This document shows, one piece after another, positions 18,460 through 27,524 of a stretch of 64,000 nucleotides of DNA. Every line of letters begins with the position of its first letter. Within the stretch, counting starts at the first letter, position 1. This DNA comes from an uncultured Candidatus Saccharibacteria bacterium (GTDB lineage Bacteria; Patescibacteriota; Saccharimonadia; Saccharimonadales; 2-12-FULL-41-12), in contig CAZTQB010000005.1 in NCBI GenBank assembly GCA_964615775.1, positions 1,950-65,949 on the forward strand. Direction: 5' to 3'. The notes under the pieces are model-generated. The model was given only the letters and a program-made list of their open reading frames with translations, was not told the DNA's origin and did no database searches. The position numbers and the translations under genes were made by a program.

Positions 18460-21174
18460 TTATCTAAATATTCTTTGGAAAGATTTTTTGGTGTAGATAC
18501 GAAGAAATTCAGCTGCTAGATAGTAGTACGGAAAAGCGATAATTACTAAGAATGTACTGGATAGTAGGCCAAAGATTAGTACGACCGACAACCCTTCCCA
18601 AAATGGGCTAGTTATGGCTAGCGGGATTAATGAGACGACAGCGGTCAAGCTGGTGGCAATAAGTGGGCGGAAACGCTCAGCCAACGCTTCATGTATAGCG
18701 TCTACCGGTCTCTTGCCGGCTGCCCTAGCTTGGTTGGCGTAATCTGTTAATAAAATGGTGTTTTTAATACTTAGACCTATCAGAGCAAAAAAACCTAACA
18801 TTGCAAAGAAGCTAAATGGATTATCTGATAGGTACAAGCCAAGTGCTATACCAAACAGACTAAAAGGAATGGCCATAAAGATTAGTATTGGCTGCAGGAA
18901 GCTTCTAAACTGAATAACCAACAAAACATAGATGACTAATAAAACGGCTGGAAACGCAATTGCTAAAGTTTTGAAGCTGTCTTGGTTCTCGCCTTCTTGT
19001 TGTAAATCAAAGACCATCGCATCTTTATCCAGTCCGTAGCTAGCAACTTTTTCGGGTGTAAATTTATCTTTTAGAGCTTTTTCTGTTAGGGTGAACAGTG
19101 CTGTTGTGTCACTGTCTTTATATTGGGCAGTAACAGATACATATGGTTTGTTGTTTGATCGTGAGTATACACCTGGATTTGGTGGGCTGACAGATTCAAT
19201 CTCTGCCTTACTGCCATCACTTCTTTGCAATACTAAGGTTGATAGGTAATGTTGAATATCGTTTGCGAGCTTAATTGCGGCTTGACGATCTTTGACGGTC
19301 TCGACTTTTACGGTAAAACCTGAAGCCGGTGGTCCTGCGTCAATTTGATTGATCTTAATCTGAACATCTTTGACGTTTTTTAGTTCACTACTCAAATCTT
19401 TAATAATTTGCTGGGAAGTAACTTTCCTGTCTTTGTAGTCGGTCAGGTCAATAAAGTAGTATGCATTTTGAGCGTTACTGAAACCGTTGTTGGCTGTAGT
19501 CACTAAATTATCCCCAACTACTTTTGATATGACTGCTTCTACCTCTTTAGCTTTTTCTTTTGCTTCTGGCAGTTCAGTATTTGGTGCAAAAACGGCATTT
19601 ATTGATAGCTGATTAGAGTCTTTGGATGACGGGAAGATATTAAATTTAACCTTTTTGAACAAATATCCGCCGCTACCAATAAAAGCAAAGCTAATCAAAA
19701 ATGCGACTACACAGACTACTGCTAGCTTAGGCTTAGAATTTTTAGCCAAAAGCATTGGCTTAGCGATAAATTCGGCGATCTTCGACTCGATGTTTCCAGA
19801 AAAGTCGTGCTTGTTTGCATTTTTAAGACTGTGATTTTTCTTAAATATTATAAGTCTCGCAAAAAGTGGTATAAACACTAGTGCTACGAACAAGCTTACT
19901 AGTAGAGCCGAGATAATAGTAATTGGGATTGCCCGGATAAATTCACCTAAAATACCACTGACAAAAATAAGTGGCGTAAAACTTAAGGCTGCTGTAAGTG
20001 TCGCAGCAATCATGGCTCTACTTACCTTGTGGGTAGCATTTGATATAACTGTATCGGGGTCTTTATGTTTTTTGCTCTGTGCCACGATTGCTTCTACCAT
20101 AATAATTGTGTCATCGACTATCAGCGACAAAGCTAATATTAATGAGAATAAGGTTATAGTATTAAGTGAGTTGCCAGATAAATACAAAACACCGTTAGTG
20201 ATTGCTAGTACGCTAATCATTGATAAAACAGTTACTATAGATGCTCGTACGGCGATTATAATGGCTCCAACAACTAGTACTACAACTAGTCCTTCCAGTA
20301 GAGTGCGTTGAAGCTCACTTATTTGAGCTTTAATACTTGGTGCATTTGAGGCACTTATTTCGGCAGCGTAACCGCTAAATTTAGAGTCATTTTTTACTTC
20401 AGCTAACGCTTTATTAACATTGTCGTATAGTTCTAAATTATCAGCTTTTGGAACTGATTTTACACCTATGACTATTGCTTCATAAAATTTATTTTGACCA
20501 TCGTTTCTTTTGCCAAACCTCTCAAATGATCTTTGAGCAGTTTCGGTTTGTCCAGTAACCGGATTTTTGGCTTCTTCGATAGGATTGATTATAGAAACGT
20601 CACTAACCAAGTTTATATTTTTATCTTTTAGGGCGGTAGCCATATCATTTGCTTTAGAGATGAGTGTTGGCTCATCTACTGGTTCATGTGAGTAAAAAGA
20701 GATAACCAAATCATCACCACGCTCTGTAAAGCCAAACTTGTATGGGTCAAATTTGATATTTGCTTGCTCAGGCAATATCTTTTCGGCACTTAGCTTAGAT
20801 TTCAGCTCGTTAGTTTTTTGTTCGGCATTAACCTCGTCTTTGTATTGAACTTGACCAGTGAAAAAATTGTCAAAACTTTGAGTTTGGACCGATTTTACGC
20901 CATCTTGACTGAGTAAGAAAGAACTTAATTTTGTTGCTACATCGGAGTCAACTTTCTCAGAGTTTTCAACAAAAAAGGTACCTTGAGCAATTGCATATGG
21001 TGTATTTATACTAGGAAAGCCCTCTTTTTTTAAAAGCGTGGTGTAGCAAACGGCTCCAAATAGAACCAAAGCAAGGCACAAAAGTGCGGTTTTACGAGGA
21101 CGTTTAAAGAAGTAGAGGCTAACATTTTGTAGAAAACTATTTGTTAGCTTATTAACTTTTTGGGATTTTTTCAT
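18460..21174 (-). CDS. RND-family transporter permease (AcrB/MMPL-like)
   Basis: 904 aa. Two large extracytoplasmic loops alternate with two multi-TM bundles, the duplicated RND architecture. Confidence 0.8.
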   Translation of the reverse strand: MKKSQKVNKLTNSFLQNVSLYFFKRPRKTALLCLALVLFGAVCYTTLLKKEGFPSINTPYAIAQGTFFVENSEKVDSDVATKLSSFLLSQDGVKSVQTQSFDNFFTGQVQYKDEVNAEQKTNELKSKLSAEKILPEQANIKFDPYKFGFTERGDDLVISFYSHEPVDEPTLISKANDMATALKDKNINLVSDVSIINPIEEAKNPVTGQTETAQRSFERFGKRNDGQNKFYEAIVIGVKSVPKADNLELYDNVNKALAEVKNDSKFSGYAAEISASNAPSIKAQISELQRTLLEGLVVVLVVGAIIIAVRASIVTVLSMISVLAITNGVLYLSGNSLNTITLFSLILALSLIVDDTIIMVEAIVAQSKKHKDPDTVISNATHKVSRAMIAATLTAALSFTPLIFVSGILGEFIRAIPITIISALLVSLFVALVFIPLFARLIIFKKNHSLKNANKHDFSGNIESKIAEFIAKPMLLAKNSKPKLAVVCVVAFLISFAFIGSGGYLFKKVKFNIFPSSKDSNQLSINAVFAPNTELPEAKEKAKEVEAVISKVVGDNLVTTANNGFSNAQNAYYFIDLTDYKDRKVTSQQIIKDLSSELKNVKDVQIKINQIDAGPPASGFTVKVETVKDRQAAIKLANDIQHYLSTLVLQRSDGSKAEIESVSPPNPGVYSRSNNKPYVSVTAQYKDSDTTALFTLTEKALKDKFTPEKVASYGLDKDAMVFDLQQEGENQDSFKTLAIAFPAVLLVIYVLLVIQFRSFLQPILIFMAIPFSLFGIALGLYLSDNPFSFFAMLGFFALIGLSIKNTILLTDYANQARAAGKRPVDAIHEALAERFRPLIATSLTAVVSLIPLAITSPFWEGLSVVLIFGLLSSTFLVIIAFPYYYLAAEFLRIYTKKSFQRIFR

Positions 21175-21249
21175 AAAAACTCTCTCTTAAAAACTTAGTC
21201 AGTATACTTAATTTACTTCTGATATTTTATATTAACCAAAAGGATTAGT

Positions 21250-21912
21250 CTATCTGTTCGTCCTTTTATGAACCCAATTTTTTATCTTTTTGTAATCTTT
21301 TACAATCAACTTACCATTAGCCACTTCTACACAATCCATGTCTTTTAATCTGCGAATCACGCGATTAACTGTCTCTCGCGATAAACCGGTTTTAGCGGCA
21401 ATGTATTTCTCGTTTGATGATACCGGAATGTTGTCGGTTAGATCTTTTTTATTATGACTCAGCTCGCAGTAAAGTTCATAAACTACTCTGTCAAAAGCAT
21501 TGCCAGCCATCATAGTTGTGGCTCTCATTAAAAAATCATTAAGTCCTAAGTAGAGTCTCTTGGCAAGCACAATGGCGATATCGGGGTTATCGTTTATAAA
21601 GTTAATAATTTTTTGTTTAGGAATTTTATAGGTAGTTACATTATAGATACTAGAATAATAAAAATAGTTAGTTAGCTCCATGTCTAAACTCTCAGAGATT
21701 GGTAAAAAACTACCTGATTTATAAATATGCAGCACAACCTCTTCCTTTTTATAGGAAAATGTGTACTTTTTTATTTCACCAGTTTTTATAAAGTAGACAA
21801 AATCGGATTTTTGATTGGGCTTTAAGATAATTTTTTTAGGAGGGAGACTAATAAGTTGATGTTTTTTGAAAAAATCATTTAGTTTGGTTGGATATGCGTA
21901 TGAATTATGCAC
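21250..21912 (-). CDS. Crp/Fnr family transcriptional regulator
   Basis: N-terminal cNMP-binding-like beta-barrel region and C-terminal HTH ('SRETVNRVIRRLKDMDCVE'). Confidence 0.75.
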   Translation of the reverse strand: MHNSYAYPTKLNDFFKKHQLISLPPKKIILKPNQKSDFVYFIKTGEIKKYTFSYKKEEVVLHIYKSGSFLPISESLDMELTNYFYYSSIYNVTTYKIPKQKIINFINDNPDIAIVLAKRLYLGLNDFLMRATTMMAGNAFDRVVYELYCELSHNKKDLTDNIPVSSNEKYIAAKTGLSRETVNRVIRRLKDMDCVEVANGKLIVKDYKKIKNWVHKRTNR

Positions 21913-22030
21913 TTTGACCTTTTTACTAGAGATAATCCCCCTAATGTTTTTAGTTTAACATTTATTATAGTAATCAGCCAGATTGATTAGCCAAGTTTAT
22001 CTAGCTAGTATATCCTTGAGATATAAGCTT

Positions 22031-23545
22031 ATGATTAGAAGAATTGCCAGCAAAATTAATTTTTTTTCGAAAGATATATTCAAGGCAGGTTTTTTTAATT
22101 TTTTAAGAAATCAACCAAAAACTAGAAGGATAATTGTTATTTGTTCAGCAATTTTCATTGTTTTTCATATGTGGCTGCACTTTACCAATCCGTATGCAAA
22201 AATAAATGTTTTTGAAAAGCCATACTATACTTTTGTAAACCAAAATGGAGATATTGAGTTTAGGCAAAAATACAAAATGGAAGTCTATACCAATCCAGTA
22301 GCTGACCTTTTAGGCTACTATAAGTCGGGTTTTTTGATTTTACAAAATACACTTTTTGGCGGTGGGCCGGCTAGAGGTAAAACGCCGGACGAGGTCATAA
22401 ACTCTATTCATGACAAGCGGTTTGATGCCGACAAACCATATTTAATTAGTGGCGATCAATTTAGTGTTCTTTACCCCAGAAATTTAGGTGTTTTTTATAA
22501 CCAAATTTTGAATCCAAATACCGCTCTCGACCAGAATGATTGGCAAGATCGTCAAAAACTATATTTGCAGTCAGTCCTATTTGCGATTGATGGACTTTCG
22601 GCTAGCAACTCACCAAAAACCACTATCGTACCGATTGGCCAGCGTCAAGTAGTTTTAACTCAGGTTCACCCTGGTGGCGTTGGTTCGGATCAGGTTTACG
22701 GCGTATTTTTTGCTATACATAAAATGCAAACTGCCGCGTCGAGCAACAATCATAAATATAGAATTCAGACAATTGATTCTGCAAATTTTTTAGCTTACAC
22801 ACGCCAGTCTCAGTTGCAAAAAATGTTCGATAACTACATTGATGCTGTTTATGATACCTCAACAAAGCGAGTTAAAGACAATCTTCATCTTTCAAGTGCT
22901 AGAGACGGAGTAATCAGGCGGTCGAGTTTTTACGACAATATTATCTTATATGAGACTGCTCAGTTAGCTCGTCAGCTAGGCTTGCAGGATAAATACAATA
23001 TTGCCAACTCAGAAAATAAACAAATGTTGAAGAATTTTTACTGGAATGAATCAGCAGGATTTTATAACGATGATATTAAGACAAAATCATTTTCTTCAGA
23101 TTTTTTGATTGGTTATGTTAACAATTTTTTTGACCTAAACGACCTAACTGACTTAAGTCGCACTAAAAGGACAATTGATTACTTAAATGACAGTGAGTTA
23201 GTGCGACTGTTTCCGATTAAATATCAAATCGACGGTAATCCAAATGTACCAAAATTTGTTGACTATTTTGTGGCAAATTATGGACGTAATGTTATTTGGA
23301 GTTATTGGGGTAGTCAATACATAACTTTATTAAGTGATATGCATAAAAAAACCGGTGATTCAAAGTATAAAAATGAAGCTCTTAAGTATCTTGGAATATA
23401 CGAGCAAAATTTAATTCGTGATCAAGGTCTGGCTGAGACATATAGTCCAGATGGAAGGTTTCTAAGAACCGGCATTTATAAAAGTATTCGTAGTACTGGT
23501 TGGGTGGTTCAGCTAGAACATGCTAAGTATTCACTAGAGCATTGA
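22031..23545 (+). CDS. Hypothetical membrane-anchored protein, possibly (alpha/alpha)6 glycoside-hydrolase-like
   Basis: ATG at 22031 is preferred over TTG at 21983. One N-terminal TM. 'RDGVIRRSSFYDNIILYE', 'WNESAGFYNDD' and 'GLAETYSPDG' vaguely resemble debranching-enzyme/GH-G type barrels, with low certainty. Confidence 0.45.
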   Translation: MIRRIASKINFFSKDIFKAGFFNFLRNQPKTRRIIVICSAIFIVFHMWLHFTNPYAKINVFEKPYYTFVNQNGDIEFRQKYKMEVYTNPVADLLGYYKSGFLILQNTLFGGGPARGKTPDEVINSIHDKRFDADKPYLISGDQFSVLYPRNLGVFYNQILNPNTALDQNDWQDRQKLYLQSVLFAIDGLSASNSPKTTIVPIGQRQVVLTQVHPGGVGSDQVYGVFFAIHKMQTAASSNNHKYRIQTIDSANFLAYTRQSQLQKMFDNYIDAVYDTSTKRVKDNLHLSSARDGVIRRSSFYDNIILYETAQLARQLGLQDKYNIANSENKQMLKNFYWNESAGFYNDDIKTKSFSSDFLIGYVNNFFDLNDLTDLSRTKRTIDYLNDSELVRLFPIKYQIDGNPNVPKFVDYFVANYGRNVIWSYWGSQYITLLSDMHKKTGDSKYKNEALKYLGIYEQNLIRDQGLAETYSPDGRFLRTGIYKSIRSTGWVVQLEHAKYSLEH

Positions 23546-23556
23546 CTCAAATCTAA

Positions 23557-24531
23557 TTATTTTGCCAATGAAATATATTTTAGATTTGTTTCCAAAGAAG
23601 TAACGGCTATTTTAGTATGAGCTGGAATTTTGTGAATTTCGCCGTCTATCTGAGCCGTTATTGGCTCTTTAGCAATAAAAGTTACTTTTTCTTTCTTTTT
23701 GTAATTAGGGCTTGATTTACCTGAAATAGCTAGTTTAATTAATTCGATAATAACCGATGGACTCTTTTGTTTAATTTGGGCGTGAAAAAACGCTTTTTCA
23801 TGTAGACTTATTGGCAATCGACTTACCTTGGCCATTCTCGGTCCATTAACAAAACTATGTTCAAAAAAATTGGTATCCCTGCTGTCTATTTCCATTCTAA
23901 AAACTGTGGCTTCCAGTATAGAGGCTATCACCAAAAACACCTCGCGAATAATTAAAAAAGGTGGAAAGTATTTAATAAATCTTTTGCTGGAAGAACGACT
24001 ACTTTCTAATTTATCGGCAATATAAGCACTGGCCCCAAAACTGGCATAGCAGTTGGCATAAAAAGTTTGAGCTAGTGTGTTTTTGGATTCAATGTCAATT
24101 TTTATTAGTGGCATTTTTATGTTGATGGAGTCATTAATAAGTTTCTTGCAAGAAGTAGTCTTGCTTAGACCATTTAGCATATAGGCTAGATCATTAGCGT
24201 TACCGCCCCAAAGTGGCAGTAAATAGATATTTGAATACTTACATACTTTTGAATCGTTTAGTAGTTGGTTGGTGATGCTGCTTACTGTACCGTCGCCGCC
24301 GCCAATAGCGATTAATATTTTTGAATTTTTGGAGTAGCATCTAATTTTTTCTGTTATAAGTTTAGGATTTTCTATAATATTAACTTCTGTTTTTTGATTA
24401 AAATGAAGGTTTTTTAAAAAAGATCTATGCCATTTTTTAGCCCGCAGAATATTACTAGCCTTCGGGTTATAGGCAAAGATATAATAATCAATATTTTCAA
24501 GAACTGGTTTATCTCCGTTAAGTTTTGACAT
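23557..24531 (-). CDS. Diacylglycerol-kinase-family lipid kinase (YegS/BmrU-like)
   Basis: 'ILIAIGGGDGTVSS' is the DAGKc glycine-rich motif. Size and layout fit soluble lipid kinases. Confidence 0.75.
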   Translation of the reverse strand: MSKLNGDKPVLENIDYYIFAYNPKASNILRAKKWHRSFLKNLHFNQKTEVNIIENPKLITEKIRCYSKNSKILIAIGGGDGTVSSITNQLLNDSKVCKYSNIYLLPLWGGNANDLAYMLNGLSKTTSCKKLINDSINIKMPLIKIDIESKNTLAQTFYANCYASFGASAYIADKLESSRSSSKRFIKYFPPFLIIREVFLVIASILEATVFRMEIDSRDTNFFEHSFVNGPRMAKVSRLPISLHEKAFFHAQIKQKSPSVIIELIKLAISGKSSPNYKKKEKVTFIAKEPITAQIDGEIHKIPAHTKIAVTSLETNLKYISLAK

Positions 24532-24605
24532 ACCTATACTGTATCGTTTTAAAAAATTTTCATCAATTAGTGTTTTATGGCTAAAACATATACGATATAG
24601 TCGTA

Positions 24606-25229
24606 ATGAATCTTCATAAAGTTATAAAGAGTATTATCAGAAGTATATTTACTAGGTTGGCGGCTTTTTTAAATAAAATCTTCAGAGGCAAAATTACGCC
24701 AAATATGGTAACGGTGGTTGGCTTGTTGGCCCATTTGCCGATTGTTTTTTTACTATTTGATGGTCGACTGGTTCTTGGAGGTGTTATGATAATTATCTTC
24801 GGGCTTTTTGACACACTAGATGGTGCTTTAGCTAGGGTTCAAAATGTTGCTAGCACCAAGGGTATGTTTTTAGATGCTTTGAGTGACCGGCTAAAAGAAG
24901 TTTTGATATTAACTGGACTTAGCGGTTATTTTTTGGAGATAAATAATGACTTGGGGGTTATCTTATGTATCTTAACGCTCGGTATTTCTATGAGTGTAAG
25001 TTATGCAAAGGCCAAAGGTGAAGCTGCAATTGTTGTTAGCAAGTATAAAATATCCCACGATGAACTCAATAGATTTTTTGAAGACGGCCTGGGTGCCTAT
25101 GAAATTCGGATTTTCTTAATTGCTCTTGGATGTTTGTTTGGGTATCCATCAATATTTTTAAGTATTATTTTATTGCTTGCTAGCTATACTTTGTTGTTAA
25201 GGACTATTAAAATTATGAAAGCTTTATAG
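24606..25229 (+). CDS. CDP-alcohol phosphatidyltransferase
   Basis: Complete D(x)2DG(x)2AR(x)8G(x)3D(x)3D motif: 'FDTLDGALARVQNVASTKGMFLDALSDR'. Multi-TM protein. Confidence 0.85.
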   Translation: MNLHKVIKSIIRSIFTRLAAFLNKIFRGKITPNMVTVVGLLAHLPIVFLLFDGRLVLGGVMIIIFGLFDTLDGALARVQNVASTKGMFLDALSDRLKEVLILTGLSGYFLEINNDLGVILCILTLGISMSVSYAKAKGEAAIVVSKYKISHDELNRFFEDGLGAYEIRIFLIALGCLFGYPSIFLSIILLLASYTLLLRTIKIMKAL

Positions 25230-25232
25230 AAA

Positions 25233-25790
25233 GTGCTTATAGAGATAATTTTTTGTCTGTGGTTTTTTATGCCGGCTGGCATAGGTAACGTCTGCCCTAT
25301 TTTTGCAGCCAATATACCCTTTATTCGGTTGTTTAGTATGCCGGTTGATATGGGGGCAAAATTTAATAAAAAACCACTTTTTGGCAAAAATAAAACTTGG
25401 CGAGGTTTACTTTGTGCAGTATTGGCTGGAGCTTTAGTCGGTGTATTTCAAATGTACATAGCAAGAATTTTTGCAGTCGATTTTACAAAATTTATTAATT
25501 TTGACTACCAAAGTTATCTAACTATATTTTTGGGTAGCGTGTTAGGTCTTGGTGCAATTTTGGGGGACTTAGTAGAAAGCTTTTTTAAGCGTCAGTTTGG
25601 CATAAAATCTGGCAAAAGTTGGTTCCCTTTTGATCAACTTGATTACATAGTCGGAGCTTGTTTGCTATCCAGTCCGCTGGTGATTTTGTCCGTAAAACTG
25701 TACGTTATGATTATAATAGTTTGGTTTTTGATGCACATAATTTTTAGTTATCTTGGCTATCTTGTTAGGCTTAAAAAACAGCCAATCTAA
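25233..25790 (+). CDS. CarS-like (CDP-archaeol synthase family, former DUF46) cytidylyltransferase
   Basis: GTG start 4 nt after the upstream stop. Contains 'NKTWRGL' and 'GDLVESFFKRQFGIKSGKSWFPFDQLDY'. It lacks the CdsA-type 'KD...PGHGG..DR' signature. About 5 TM. Confidence 0.65.
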   Translation: MLIEIIFCLWFFMPAGIGNVCPIFAANIPFIRLFSMPVDMGAKFNKKPLFGKNKTWRGLLCAVLAGALVGVFQMYIARIFAVDFTKFINFDYQSYLTIFLGSVLGLGAILGDLVESFFKRQFGIKSGKSWFPFDQLDYIVGACLLSSPLVILSVKLYVMIIIVWFLMHIIFSYLGYLVRLKKQPI

Positions 25791-25813
25791 GTATATAATA
25801 GCTGCTAGTTACT

Positions 25814-26635
25814 ATGCCTAAGACCAAGAACCATACCCAGTTATTTAAAAATAAAGTTGATTTGCTTGATAGTTTTGTCTTAAGTGGTGTCTTAACGGTT
25901 CTACTAACCCGTACTTACTTAGAAATCACTGGCTATCCTCAAATTGGTAGCAGCAATTTACATGTAGCCCACGTTTTATTTGGTGGATTATTTTTGTCAT
26001 TTGCCCTTTTAGTTTTGCTGCTTAGTAATAAACCAAATAAATTTTTCAGTGCAGTTTTGGGTGGTGTTGGCTTTGGTCTGTTCATAGATGAGACCGGTAA
26101 GTTTATCACACGCGATAATGATTATTTTTATGAACCGACATTTACAATTATTTATTTAACTTTTTTGATTGTATGGTTTTTGTCTAGGCTTTTTTTACTT
26201 CGTGGTAGTGGTCAGAAGTTTTTATCACCTGCTGAATGGCCAAAACCTTTTTTCGTTCGAAGCTTTATTATTTGTTGGTCTTTTTCCCAGGTTGTTTTAG
26301 TGGTTTATATTTTAGAAAATTTAGCCGATTATTCATCAATCCAAAAACGAGTTACTAGTATGATTGCGATTGGTAGTATTTCGGCAATTATTTATGGACT
26401 TCTAATAATGCTGGGATTGACGAGACTGTTTATGAAGCGAGTTGATTCAGCTGCTCATATTTTGAGAGGTTCATCGCAGATGGCGATTGTATTGATGTAT
26501 CCAATTTTGTTTTATAGCATTCAGCTTCTTGCGGCAATTGGTGTAATTTTAACTATGCTAATGATAATGGCCTTGTCAGAAACCAACCTTAGTTATTTGA
26601 TCGCCAATCTTAAGCGGTCTTATCGTAATAGGTAG
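25814..26635 (+). CDS. Hypothetical polytopic membrane protein
   Basis: 273 aa with about 7 hydrophobic helices. No recognisable motif. Confidence 0.5.
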   Translation: MPKTKNHTQLFKNKVDLLDSFVLSGVLTVLLTRTYLEITGYPQIGSSNLHVAHVLFGGLFLSFALLVLLLSNKPNKFFSAVLGGVGFGLFIDETGKFITRDNDYFYEPTFTIIYLTFLIVWFLSRLFLLRGSGQKFLSPAEWPKPFFVRSFIICWSFSQVVLVVYILENLADYSSIQKRVTSMIAIGSISAIIYGLLIMLGLTRLFMKRVDSAAHILRGSSQMAIVLMYPILFYSIQLLAAIGVILTMLMIMALSETNLSYLIANLKRSYRNR

Positions 26636-27196
26636 TTATTTTTTTCCAAATATGCTTCCACCAATGTTGATTAGATCATCAACAACACTGCCGTTGTTAT
26701 TTTTGTCTAATATGCTACCTAATATTGAGTTATTTTCTTTGCCTATTTTTTGATTTTTTAAAATATCCATTAAACCACCAGCATCCAAATTGTTATCAGA
26801 TTTGCTCTTACCTAGTTTACCTAATATAAACGGGGCAATTATGGCCATGATCATCATAATTTTGGCTGTATCTACACCAGTTTTTTTGTTTATAGCTTGA
26901 GCAGCTTTTTGATTGTTACTACCAAATATATGGCCTAAAATTTTATTACCTTCGGTATGGGTGTTCGAGTTTGAGATTGCTTCAATGACATTATCAAGTA
27001 TTGAGCCACTGTGTTTTTCGTCAATGGTACTACCCAGAGCATCCTGATCAGTCTCTTTGGCCAGGCCTCCCAAAATCATTGGTAAGGCTGAATTAATTAC
27101 ACTTTTTGTTTCCGAATCGGACGTACCAACCTGTGAGCTAATTTGTCCAATTGCTTTTGAGTTTAAATATTGCTTAATCTCTGCTTGAATATCCAT
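26636..27196 (-). CDS. DUF937 domain protein
   Basis: Repetitive Gly/Leu-rich segments ('LPMILGGLAKE', 'ILGHIFGSNN', 'ILGSILDKNNNG') typical of DUF937. Confidence 0.55.
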   Translation of the reverse strand: MDIQAEIKQYLNSKAIGQISSQVGTSDSETKSVINSALPMILGGLAKETDQDALGSTIDEKHSGSILDNVIEAISNSNTHTEGNKILGHIFGSNNQKAAQAINKKTGVDTAKIMMIMAIIAPFILGKLGKSKSDNNLDAGGLMDILKNQKIGKENNSILGSILDKNNNGSVVDDLINIGGSIFGKK

Positions 27197-27261
27197 AAAA
27201 ACCTCCTTTTTAACACAATTAATTATACGCTAATATTAATAATATATGGTAAAGTTAGGTT

Positions 27262-27519
27262 ATGAAAAAAGCATCCTTGTATAATTGGTTAGCGGCAATT
27301 GCATCTTGTGTGGGTGTTGGTATGTTGTTGGGAGCCTATTTAGCCAGTGACATGCCTTCAAAAACTCCATTTTGGATCGGTGGAATTTTAATTTTCTTAG
27401 GAGCGGTTGTGTTTGGGATGGCTGTCGGCACTAATTCTTCACAAGACTCACACTCAGATAAGACCTCTTTAAAAAATGATAAGTCTGATAGTAAGGTATC
27501 CGAGACAAGAAAATACTAA
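27262..27519 (+). CDS. Small two-TM membrane protein
   Basis: 85 aa with two hydrophobic helices and a Ser/Lys-rich tail. Confidence 0.4.
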   Translation: MKKASLYNWLAAIASCVGVGMLLGAYLASDMPSKTPFWIGGILIFLGAVVFGMAVGTNSSQDSHSDKTSLKNDKSDSKVSETRKY

Positions 27520-27524
27520 TTAGC